DNA of 64,000 bases from a virus, in IMG/VR virus record IMGVR_UViG_3300036832_000855, positions 58,420 to 122,419 of that record. One strand, 5' to 3'. Of the stretch, positions 38,021 to 46,599 are shown one piece after another. Numbering within the stretch: the first letter of the stretch is position 1; every line of letters starts with the position of its first letter. Below the pieces are notes generated by a model. The model ran no database searches, was not told where the DNA came from, and saw nothing but the letters and a program-made list of their open reading frames with translations. Position numbers and translations under genes: made by a program.

Positions 38021-39370
38021 TTCTCCTCGGTCGGTGTCTGCATTGAGTCTAGCACATGATGCGCGCTAGTGGGGATGCCGTAGTAGTCGGTCACGGCCGC
38101 GACGGCGTCGGCCCTGTCTTCGAACGCGCTCCATTCGAAGTCGCCCTCGAACTTGTGGTGCGCCCAGAGCACCCAGCCAGCCTTCTGCCGGTGCAGCTCG
38201 ACGTGGTACAGGCCGCTCTCCCAGACGGCGCTCGGCGGCGTCTTGCGCGGCCTGCGCATCATCCGACGGACACCATCACAACGATGCCCGCCGTGCGGGC
38301 GGCGTCAATCACGTCGACAGCCTCGGCCGTCTCGCGCACCTCAAGCTCGGGCAGCCGTGCGGCGATCTTCTCCGCCAGCGCGCGGTCGGTGCCGCAGTCG
38401 CGGACGATCCGCCCGGTGGTCTGGTCAACTACAACGATCCTCATCAGGTCTCCTCGGTCGGGTACTTGCCTTCGTGCAGGCGCTTCCAGAGGATCGCCTG
38501 CGCCTTGTCGTGAGCCTCGGCCAGGCTTACGGCCTCGACCACGACGAAGGTGTTCGCGGGCCAGCCCGCGTCCATCAGGTTGCGCTGACGCTGCACAGCG
38601 ATACCGCGGTTTTTGCCCCGGTAGAGCTGGCGCGTGCCGCCCGCGTAGTCCTGCATCAGGAAGAGGGTCCTCACTCAACCACCCGCAGGGAGATCGGACC
38701 GTGACGTCCGACCTGGCCGTTCGGCCAGCGGACAACGATCACGCCGCCCTGAGCGTTCGAGTGCGGGACGTGCCGCAGCACCTCGCCGACGGGCAGCCCA
38801 TCGTGGTCGGCGCTCGTGACGCGCGCGCCGACGGGGAACTTCTTACGGGCCGCGCGCGCGGCCTTGTTCCGGCGCAGGACGGCGCGCTGCTGCTTGGTGT
38901 CGGTCATCGCTCGGGCCTCTCCCGGCGCACGCGCAGGCGGCCAAGCGCACGAGCGAGCCGACGCTCGTCGCCGCGCCGGTAGGCACGCTCGACGGCCTGG
39001 CGCTCGCGGTCGATCTGGCCCTCGTGCTGCAGGACGTCGATCTCAGCCAGGCTGTACGGCGTGTCGGCGCGCAGGTCGTAGAAGGCGCTGGTCATCGGTC
39101 CGCGCTCCGGTCGATGATCTCCAGGGGCGCGGGCAGCGAGTCTTCGGCCACCTTGGTGGCGTCGATCCAGCGCTCAGCACCGGACTCGGTCCGCACCAGC
39201 AGGCGCGGCTCCGGACCGTACTGGCCCGTGTTGGAGTCGTACTCCAGGATGGTCACGCGCTCGCCCTCAGCCAGCGCGGGCCGGGTCTTCCAGCGCCGCA
39301 CCGGGTCGCGCAGCGTGACCACGGCACCGGGGTGATCCCAGATGCTGCGGCTCAGCAGGTGTTCCCACAT
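38017..39370 (-). other. Cassette of six small overlapping hypothetical CDSs (38017-38262, 38259-38444, 38444-38674, 38671-38907, 38904-39095, 39092-39370)
   Basis: Chained start/stop overlaps downstream of one promoter. Confidence 0.65.
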
Positions 39371-39416
39371 TGCGTCTCCTCGGTCGGGGGACGGAGGCCC
39401 TCTCGCCTCCACCTAC

Positions 39417-39445
39417 AGGATAACACATGATGCGCGCTAAGGCAA
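39417..39445 (-). promoter_or_regulatory. SigA-like promoter with operator
   Basis: TTGCCT-TAGCGCGCATCATGTGT(17)-TATCCT. Confidence 0.75.
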
Positions 39446-39640
39446 GTCGAGCGCGGCGATCAGCTCGCCGACAGCGCGGCGCCGGGCAGCCCGGTCGCAC
39501 TCGACCCAGGCGTACAGCCAGAGCACGTTCTTGACGTCCGGCGGCGCCAGCGCGCACTCGATCTCGGCCTCGATCCGCTCGAACGGGATCCCCGCGGCCA
39601 TCATGGCGTCAATCTCGGCAGCTCCCATTGTGACTCCCAT
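39437..39640 (-). CDS. Hypothetical protein
   Basis: 67-aa helical ORF. Confidence 0.55.
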   Translation of the reverse strand: MGVTMGAAEIDAMMAAGIPFERIEAEIECALAPPDVKNVLWLYAWVECDRAARRRAVGELIAALDLP

Positions 39641-39854
39641 CCTCGGCGTCGTCCCGGCTGCCGGGATACTGCCAGGCCAGTCGGGGCCTGGCTAGCGCCC
39701 GTCGTGAGCAATCCCGCACGTAGCGAGAACTTCGGCCACGTGCGGACGTTGCTATTACAGTGAAGAAGTCTTGCGCAAGCGCGGCCGGGCGCGCCCAGCG
39801 CCCCCCAGCCCAAGCCCCCATGGGCGGCGCGTCCGGCCGACGAACTTCGAAAGG

Positions 39855-39927
39855 CAGCGCCAGGGAGGGTCGAACTCCCGCTTCCGCCTTGAGAGGGCGG
39901 CGTCCTGGCCACCTAGACGATGGCGCC
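39855..39927 (-). tRNA. tRNA-Glu (anticodon CTC)
   Basis: GGCGCCA/TGGCGCT acceptor, GTCTAGGTGGCCAGGAC D arm, CCGCC-CTCTCAA-GGCGG anticodon arm, GGGAG-TTCGACC-CTCCC T arm. Confidence 0.92.
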
Positions 39928-39964
39928 GTGGGTACTGCGGTGCCCCGGCGGCTATCCTATCCCG

Positions 39965-40312
39965 ATGCCGTACAGGGACCGTGAACAGCAGCGGCGCTAT
40001 CAACGCGAGCGCCTAGCTGCGATCCGAGCCACATGGATGGCCGGACACGTCTGTGAAGAATGCGGATCCACGGAGCGACTCGAAGTTCATCACCGCGACC
40101 CAGACCAGAAGATTGACCACCGCGTGTGGAGTTGGAGCACGGAGCGTCGGGAGGCTGAACTCGCCAAGTGCGCGGTGCTCTGTCGCCCCTGTCATAGCAA
40201 GGCGCATCGTCGGGGCGAGCACGGCAAGGGGTCGTCTCACTACCTCCGTGGCTGCCGGTGCGAGCCCTGCGTCGCCTACAACCGCGCACGGCGCGCGAGG
40301 CAACGCAGGTAA
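39965..40312 (+). CDS. HNH endonuclease
   Basis: CEEC...LEVHHRDP...KCAVLCRPCH and a C-terminal GCRCEPC motif; leaderless TATCCT -10. Confidence 0.85.
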   Translation: MPYRDREQQRRYQRERLAAIRATWMAGHVCEECGSTERLEVHHRDPDQKIDHRVWSWSTERREAELAKCAVLCRPCHSKAHRRGEHGKGSSHYLRGCRCEPCVAYNRARRARQRR

Positions 40313-40317
40313 TCGCT

Positions 40318-40427
40318 TGGTTACCCCGTCGAGGAGTCGAACCCGATCCTCCGGGATCTCGGCGCTGGCTCGGCGGATCGAGCGCTCGGCCTTGATCTCC
40401 GCTCCGGAGAAGAACCGCTCCGGGGCC
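40318..40427 (-). ncRNA. tRNA-like RNA with T arm, acceptor stem and encoded CCA but a non-canonical core
   Basis: GGCCCCG...TCGGG-TTCGACT-CC(T)CGA-CGGGGTA-A-CCA; own promoter at 40452-40480. Confidence 0.5.
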
Positions 40428-40451
40428 GCGGCCCCTTAGGACCGCACCTAC

Positions 40452-40480
40452 AAGATAGCACACATCGTGCGCCAGCGCAA
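40452..40480 (-). promoter_or_regulatory. SigA-like promoter with operator
   Basis: TTGCGC-TGGCGCACGATGTGTGC(17)-TATCTT. Confidence 0.75.
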
Positions 40481-40483
40481 GGG

Positions 40484-40513
40484 GAAAGGGCCGGATTCTC
40501 GTCCGACCCTCTC
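40484..40513 (-). terminator. Hairpin terminator/processing stem after the tRNA-like gene
   Basis: GAGAGGGTCGGA/TCCGGCCCTTTC 12-bp stem including G-U pairs on the minus strand. Confidence 0.5.
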
Positions 40514-40514
40514 C

Positions 40515-40598
40515 GGGCTGGTAGTGGGACTCGAACCCACGACCTTCGGCGCGCGCTAGAGGACTCGCCCCGACGAGCTGCCGCTGCTCCATACCGCC
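40515..40598 (-). tRNA. Aberrant initiator-tRNA-like RNA with an enlarged anticodon arm
   Basis: TGGAGCAGCGGCAGCTCGTCGGG...CCGAAGGTCGTGGGTTCGAGTCCCAC matches the tRNA-fMet body; the anticodon loop is replaced by GCGAGTCCTCTAGCGCGC; bulged A in the acceptor stem. Confidence 0.65.
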
Positions 40599-40755
40599 TC
40601 CAGGAACGCTACCGCACGACACAAGACGTGCGGCTACCCTACCGGCGTGGAGATCCTCTGGACCGTGATCGCCGTGGTCGTAGTCGTGGTCGCGCTCGTC
40701 GCTACCGACTCCGACGACTGGCTCCCCTTAGGCTTCCTCCCGAAAGGAGGTGAGC

Positions 40756-40998
40756 ATGGTCACCGCGAAGTTCAAGGTCTCACGCGTCAGCCCGATGGGC
40801 GCGGAGACGGTCGAGGAAGCGTGGGCAACCGAGGTCGAACTGACCCCGGACTACGCTGGCGGCGCAAACAAGCAGTGGTCGGAGGCGACTCCGTCCGGCA
40901 TGTGCCGTCTGACGATCACCAACAAGGCAGCGCTGGAGCTGCTGCCGCTTGGTGAGCAGATCACAATCTACTTCGCGCGCGACGGCGAACGGCCCTAG
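40756..40998 (+). CDS. Small phage protein
   Basis: AKFKV...NKQWSEATPSG...ITN..A; AAGGAGG ribosome-binding site. Confidence 0.75.
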   Translation: MVTAKFKVSRVSPMGAETVEEAWATEVELTPDYAGGANKQWSEATPSGMCRLTITNKAALELLPLGEQITIYFARDGERP

Positions 40999-41149
40999 CC
41001 GCGAAGACGGCGCGAGCGTAAGGGTGTCCGGAGCCGCGCCGACCTTCAGAGCCGGGCGCCGAGCAGCACCAGCAGCACCGCATAGCCCCCAAACAGGCAC
41101 GCGAAGCAGAGGAAACTGGAGTGGCGCATTGCCCCCCAGGGAGGCTACC

Positions 41150-42620
41150 TCAGCGCGGGCGCTGCTCAAACTCGCGACACACCTGTCGCCACCAGCGAGA
41201 GAAGCGCTTCACGTACGGACGCTGCTGCTGGTCAATCATCGCGTGGACCTCGTACGCCAGGCGAACCTGGTCGTCCATCCAAGCGTGAGCCGCGGCCATG
41301 TCCGGGCCGGGCTCTTTGACGTAGACCTCGCGGATCGCGTCGATCTCGCCGTCCACGGCGAGTCCGAGGCATGTCACGGCGTCGCGAATCGCCGTCGCCT
41401 GCTCGTAGGAGAGCATCAGCAGGATGGTGGGTTGGGTGGGTTGTTCTTCCATGCCCTAACTAGTCGTTCGGGCGTCGCGAGATCTGACACTCCTTCCCGA
41501 AAAGTTTGCGGCCCCTGAGGACCCTAAGTCCTCAGGAGCGTGGGTTTGCGGAGGCTCTGGCCTTGGCACGACCCCTCCTGTTGGGTGGCCGCCCTCCTCC
41601 TGTACCTACCTCTACCGAGGTCGGCTGGCGGTTCGTGACGCGATCCACACCGGCGCGATCACGAGCAGGCAAACCCAGTACGCCCATGGGCCGATCACGA
41701 AGGCGGCGGTCACGGCCACCGCGGCCAGGACCATCCTCGTCGTGCGACTGAGAGTCCAGCCGCCCAGCTCCCTGCCGTGCCGCATCACCGGCTCGACCGG
41801 AATGGAACTCGCGCGTTCCGCCTGCTCGGGCGTGGCCACGGGCTCGGGCGCCCGCAGGCGCTGGCGCTCAGCCTGCTCCTCTAGCAGCCGGTCGCGCTCC
41901 TGCTCAGCCTGCTCGCTCAGCAGCCGGTCGCGTTCCTCCTGGCGGGCACGCGTGATCGCGCGCTTGTACCGGCTGCGCGCGATCGCCCAGGCGGTGAGCC
42001 AGACGATCACGCGACATCCTCGAACGCTGGCCTCGGCAGGTTGCCGTCGAGCGTGTAACCCTCGCGCTGCAGATGCACCTGGACGCCCCACAGCACCTCC
42101 AGGATCTTCAGCTCCGAGTCGCTCACGTTGCCGAGCGCGTTGTGGTCGCCGTCGGACGCCCACAGGTCGAACGCGCGCTTCCACGCGCGCCGGAACGTCC
42201 GGCTGTCCATGTGCGCCAGCGCGCTCCGGAGATCCTTGCCCCGGTCCTGGCACTCGTGGCACCCGTCGTGCAGTATCTGACGCTCGTCGTAGCCCGGCAA
42301 AGCGTCGTGAAACGTATGTGTCATTCGTCCTCCTCGGTCGGGTACAGCCCGAAGTCGCCGTCGTTCCAGGCCCAGGCAAAACCCTCGCGGGCCTGGTTGT
42401 CGTTCAGCCACTCGATCGCGGCGTCGGACTCCTCGATGACGCGCTCGCCCGGATAGTCCGGCTCGTGGCTGTCGGTGTCGTAGCGCGCGAGGATGGCGTC
42501 CGTCTCGGGACTCACCTCGTAGCCCAGCTTGCGCGCGAGTGTGATCACACCAGGGATCGCGTAGTGCCCGTGGTGCGAGTCGATGTAGCAGCCTGGCTCG
42601 AAGGCTGTGCCGTCTGTCAT
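41150..42620 (-). other. Small hypothetical CDSs (41150-41452, 41612-42010 membrane, 42007-42324, 42321-42620)
   Basis: Chained ORFs downstream of the operator-promoter at 42649. Confidence 0.6.
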
Positions 42621-42648
42621 TGCCCTTCTCCTGTCGGTCGGTACCTAC

Positions 42649-42683
42649 AGGATAGCACACATGCGCACGATGTGTGCTACGGT
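42649..42683. promoter_or_regulatory. Double operator palindrome with back-to-back -10 elements
   Basis: TAGCACACAT-GCGCACG-ATGTGTGCTA inverted repeat; TATCCT on the minus strand, TACGGT on the plus strand. Confidence 0.65.
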
Positions 42684-42770
42684 GGCGTGAGTGCTCCCGG
42701 TTGGGAGGTGGTAGGACACATCAGGCCGGGAGCACCCTGTGTATTACCTGGGTAATACAGGGCGGCCGGG

Positions 42771-43109
42771 TTACACGCCGTCGGCGATGCGCGTCGACAG
42801 CTCGAACATGATCAGCGCGCTCATGTCCACCGTGACGTTCTCGCCCTCGTACGCCAGCCGGAACGCCACCTCGGCCCACATGATCGTGCGTTTCCACTCG
42901 TGGCGCTCCTCGCGGTCGTGAGGCCAGCGCACCCGGCTGACCGCCCACGGCCACAGCTTCTCCCAGTCGGAGATCCCGGCGCGTTTCTTGCGTACGAGCA
43001 GCACGCGGATCTGCTCCGCCGGGTTGATCGGACGCCCCACGAACTCGTCCGGGTGCCCCGGCGGCAGATCAGGTGCCAGACCCCTCGGTCTCTCCGCTAC
43101 TACCGCCAC
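42771..43109 (-). CDS. Hypothetical protein (candidate immunity partner)
   Basis: Overlaps the 3' end of the upstream gene; Trp-rich helical. Confidence 0.55.
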   Translation of the reverse strand: MAVVAERPRGLAPDLPPGHPDEFVGRPINPAEQIRVLLVRKKRAGISDWEKLWPWAVSRVRWPHDREERHEWKRTIMWAEVAFRLAYEGENVTVDMSALIMFELSTRIADGV

Positions 43110-43785
43110 CCTCAGCCTCTTGTCCCAGGTCCCGCGGCAAGCCGAACTCCTCCGCGATCCAATCGTCAATCGGGGGCGCACCCTGCCGCCAGCCCGGCGG
43201 CGGCGTCCACACCTTCTGCCCCGTGTCCTTGTACTTCAGATCCACCGGCATCGTCGCCTCAAACGGCACGTCGATCCGCAGGCCCGCGTTGCGGATCTGC
43301 TGCTCGGTCATCGGCTGCGCGGCCGCGTCCGCGTCGGGCCCGTCCACCTCGGACGGTGGCGGCTGCGGGACGTCCGCGTCGGAGTCGGCCTCGGCCATGT
43401 AGTCGGGCGACTCGACCGGCGAGAAGTCCTCGTCCGGCCCGGGGTACAGCGGTGCGGTGCCCTTCGACGGCTCGGTCAACCGGTGGCGACCGCCGATCAG
43501 GCCCGCGACCTGCTCCGCGCTCGACGGCCACAGCCGGTCGCGGTCGATCGAGTGCTGCATCATCCAGCCGCCGTCGTCCTGCGAGAACACGTCGCCTTCC
43601 GCCGGGCCGTTCGTGCGGTACGGCGTCACGGCGTCGCGGAGCCAGTAGTCGTAGTCGCCGCCGTCGAGGGTGAAGTTGCCGGTCGACGCGTCCGGCGGCT
43701 GAAGGTTCGGCCGGATCGTCGACGGGTCGACGGACGAGTCCTGGGTGCTGCCTGGGTCGGCGGGCGCCAGCGGGTCGCGTGCCAT
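43069..43785 (-). CDS. Acidic Pro/Asp-rich protein coupled to the Zeta/RelA gene
   Basis: TGATG overlap at 43785; strongly acidic. Confidence 0.7.
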   Translation of the reverse strand: MARDPLAPADPGSTQDSSVDPSTIRPNLQPPDASTGNFTLDGGDYDYWLRDAVTPYRTNGPAEGDVFSQDDGGWMMQHSIDRDRLWPSSAEQVAGLIGGRHRLTEPSKGTAPLYPGPDEDFSPVESPDYMAEADSDADVPQPPPSEVDGPDADAAAQPMTEQQIRNAGLRIDVPFEATMPVDLKYKDTGQKVWTPPPGWRQGAPPIDDWIAEEFGLPRDLGQEAEGGGSSGETEGSGT

Positions 43786-46574
43786 CAGGCCGCCGCTCCC
43801 AACCGGCGCGGCGCGGTCGTCGGCATGCCGCTCGCCAGCCCCGCCGTCTTGCGCCCCAGCTCCTTGATCTTCGCGACCGTCGACGAGCGCTCCGCCTCGT
43901 TGCCGAGCACGGCGTCAGGCTGCCCGTGTATGCCGCCGTGCAGCGACGCGCCCCACGCGCGGTCGTACAGCGGCCTGGCGGTGCTCTGGATGTCACCCGC
44001 GAGCTTCGACTCGTCGTTCGTCGGCTTGCGCTTCTCGGCCGCCGCCCGGCCGGTGACCTGGCGCTCCAGGTCGAACAGGTCGTGGCCCGGCCCGACTTCC
44101 TTCGTCCACCACATCGGGTTGGTGTTGAGCTGCAGCTCGGCCAGCATGCCGCCGGACTCCTTGGGCCCGCGGAGGATCAGTGACATGTCGCCGTAGCCGT
44201 TGGACTCGAACCGCTTCGAGCCGGTCGCGTCCGCCAGCCGCGGCTTGACGTGCTCGACCGTCCAGCCGCCCTGCGCCATCTGCTCCTTGATCTTCGCCAT
44301 CGCGGTCGGCAGGTCGTGCGCCGACGGGACGGTCACGGTCGCGCGGACCATGTCGTGCAGCTCGCGCGCGTCGCCCGCGTGACCCAGCCCGGCGACCTTC
44401 GCGAGCGCGCGCTTCTGGTCCTTCACCGGCGCGATGATCACGTGCGACTTGTCCATGTTCGCGGCGATGTCCTTGCCGGTGTCCTCGAACGACTTGCCGG
44501 ACGAGATGTCGTGAACGTCGGCGCCGAGCGCCGCGGCGACCCCGGCGCCCAGGTCGAGCAGCGCCTTGAAGGCAGGCAGGCCCTTCTGGTTCGCGAGCTT
44601 CGTCAGCTCGCCCACGTCGCCGGTCGGCTGGCCGCTATGCACCTCGGGCGCGGACGGCGTCACTGCCGCCAGGTCCCGGCCGACGTTCCTCTCGACGCCC
44701 TTGTCGATCGAGGTGATCTGCCCGCCGGTCTTCCACGCGCCGCGCTCGGGCGCCTGCACGTCCGGCACGTCCGGGATCGTCTCCGTCGCCTTGTTCAGAA
44801 CCTGCTGGTAGCCGTCGCGGTCCGGGTAGTGCGTGTGGCCGTCCGGCAGCGCTTCCGCGAGCAGCTTCGGCGGGTTGAAGTGGCCGAACTCGTCCTTGCC
44901 CTGGTTCGTGTCGTACACCTGGACATGCACGCCCATGTCCTTCGCGCGCGCCATGACGCCCGGGATCGCCGCCGACACGTCGCGATGCACCGAGCGCATG
45001 ATCACGTCCGGGATGTAGCGCTTGTCGGCGTCCTTCGTCGCGGTCGCCAGCCGGTGATGCGCTCGCTTGAGCGCCTCCTCGGTCGGCACGCTGACGTAGC
45101 TGATCCGCGGGTTGACGTACCCCGCGTCGGTGAAGGTCTTGACCCGGGCGGCGACCTCGTCCGGGCTCGTGTTCGTGATGCCGTCCACGATCACGTTCAT
45201 GCCCTTCTTCTGCGCCATCGCCATCGCCTGCTGGGCGATGTCCCACGCCTCGGTGTACACGCGTAGGTTCGCCTCCGGATCCTCCCCCAGCGACTGCTGG
45301 AACTCGGGCAGCCACGCCTTGATCAGGTCCGGGTCGATCACGACCGCGTCCTTCGGCAACTGGTCCTGAGCCGCCATCTGGCCGAGCAGGCTGCCCTTGC
45401 CCGCCGCGTAGCCGCCGCCGGTGAACAGGACCGTCGGCTTGCCGGACGGCTTCTCCAGCCGCGGCGTGGTCGAACTCAGCCCGATGTCCTTGCCGCGCTC
45501 GTCCGTGCCGTGCTGGCGGAACATCATGTCGATGATCGCCGCGTGCAGCGCCTTGCGCGACGGGTGATACTCGCCGTTGGCGTTGCGGTACATCTGCGCC
45601 GTCGTCGGCTGCGTCGCGGCCTCCTCGACGTAGGACAGCAACGTCTTCTGGCTCACCCGCCCGGCGTCGTTGAAGTGCGTCTCGGCTGTGGTCAGATCCT
45701 GCGGCCCGCTCGGCTTCGCGGCCGCCGGGGTCTCCTTCTCCTTACCAGCCTTGCCGACCTTCCGCTTGATGCGCTTCTCCAGGCCTTTGGTGCGCCGCTG
45801 GTACAGCTCGGCCTGCCCGGCCCTGCGGAGCGAGGGCGGATGAACCTGCGACGCCTCGTAGTGCTCGGCCGCCTTCGCGTGCTCGCCCGCGTCGGTGTAG
45901 TGCTGAGCCGCCGTCAGGTGATCGCCCTTCGCGACGGCCGCCTCGGCCTTCTCGCGCGACTTGTCGGCCTTCTCGCCCTCCTTCGGGCGCTGCCCGGCCC
46001 TGTCCGCTCTGCGCTCCGCGCTGGCGAGCCGGGCGAGCCGGTCGTGCCCGGCCTGCTGCATCTTCGCGCGCGGCGTCACCTCTTGGCGGAACTGCGCGAC
46101 GCCCATCCGCTCGGGTAGCCCCTCGCCCTCGACGCGCATCCGCTCGCCCGGCGCCTTCGGCGTCGCGAACACCTGGGTCTGCTTGGGTCGGCGGAGCAGT
46201 CCGCGCCGGGTGGTGACCGTGGCGATCGGCTTGTCGACGCCGCCGCCCCTGCGCTCAACCCGCTCGACGCGCGGCCCCTTGATCCGGGCGACGCGCCTGT
46301 TCGTCGCCTCGCCCGGCTTGATCTGCTTGTCGAGCTTCTCCACCCACTTGCCACCCCGCCCACGGGGGTGAAGGATCTCGGCCCACGACGACTCCTGCAG
46401 CCCCTGGACGCCCAGCTCCAGCACGCCCGCCTCTTCCCACAGATCGAGGTCGTCGCTGGAGACCCAGCCGATCCGGTCGAGCTGGTCCTCCGTGGCCAGT
46501 CCACGGCGCAGAAACTCCCTGCGGAAGCTCGCGTTCTCGCGCGCAGTGGCCACGGCGTTCATGTTCGGCGCCAT
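43785..46574 (-). CDS. Polyvalent effector: LHPRGRGGKW tag, Zeta-toxin-like P-loop kinase and RelA/SpoT-like nucleotidyltransferase
   Basis: Zeta: FTGGGYAAGKGS, IDPDLIK, VIVDG, EALKRA..R, RYIP. RelA/SpoT-like: APVK..KRALAK, LHDMVRATV, NGYGD, AELQLNT, GHDLF. Confidence 0.85.
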   Translation of the reverse strand: MAPNMNAVATARENASFRREFLRRGLATEDQLDRIGWVSSDDLDLWEEAGVLELGVQGLQESSWAEILHPRGRGGKWVEKLDKQIKPGEATNRRVARIKGPRVERVERRGGGVDKPIATVTTRRGLLRRPKQTQVFATPKAPGERMRVEGEGLPERMGVAQFRQEVTPRAKMQQAGHDRLARLASAERRADRAGQRPKEGEKADKSREKAEAAVAKGDHLTAAQHYTDAGEHAKAAEHYEASQVHPPSLRRAGQAELYQRRTKGLEKRIKRKVGKAGKEKETPAAAKPSGPQDLTTAETHFNDAGRVSQKTLLSYVEEAATQPTTAQMYRNANGEYHPSRKALHAAIIDMMFRQHGTDERGKDIGLSSTTPRLEKPSGKPTVLFTGGGYAAGKGSLLGQMAAQDQLPKDAVVIDPDLIKAWLPEFQQSLGEDPEANLRVYTEAWDIAQQAMAMAQKKGMNVIVDGITNTSPDEVAARVKTFTDAGYVNPRISYVSVPTEEALKRAHHRLATATKDADKRYIPDVIMRSVHRDVSAAIPGVMARAKDMGVHVQVYDTNQGKDEFGHFNPPKLLAEALPDGHTHYPDRDGYQQVLNKATETIPDVPDVQAPERGAWKTGGQITSIDKGVERNVGRDLAAVTPSAPEVHSGQPTGDVGELTKLANQKGLPAFKALLDLGAGVAAALGADVHDISSGKSFEDTGKDIAANMDKSHVIIAPVKDQKRALAKVAGLGHAGDARELHDMVRATVTVPSAHDLPTAMAKIKEQMAQGGWTVEHVKPRLADATGSKRFESNGYGDMSLILRGPKESGGMLAELQLNTNPMWWTKEVGPGHDLFDLERQVTGRAAAEKRKPTNDESKLAGDIQSTARPLYDRAWGASLHGGIHGQPDAVLGNEAERSSTVAKIKELGRKTAGLASGMPTTAPRRLGAAA

Positions 46575-46599
46575 GGTAACCGCCGAATCGGCCGGTCCT

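Noticed and set aside
40515-40598. Evidence for genome-wide amber (TAG) recoding
   Set aside because: TAG ends several clear genes (e.g. 2294, 16656, 19621, 22529) with the next gene or a spacer following, so there is no sign of reassignment.
40318-40598. tmRNA or YrlA Y RNA
   Set aside because: Too short for tmRNA and no tag ORF was seen; the arm order is not the permuted YrlA layout and no Ro60 gene is in the window.
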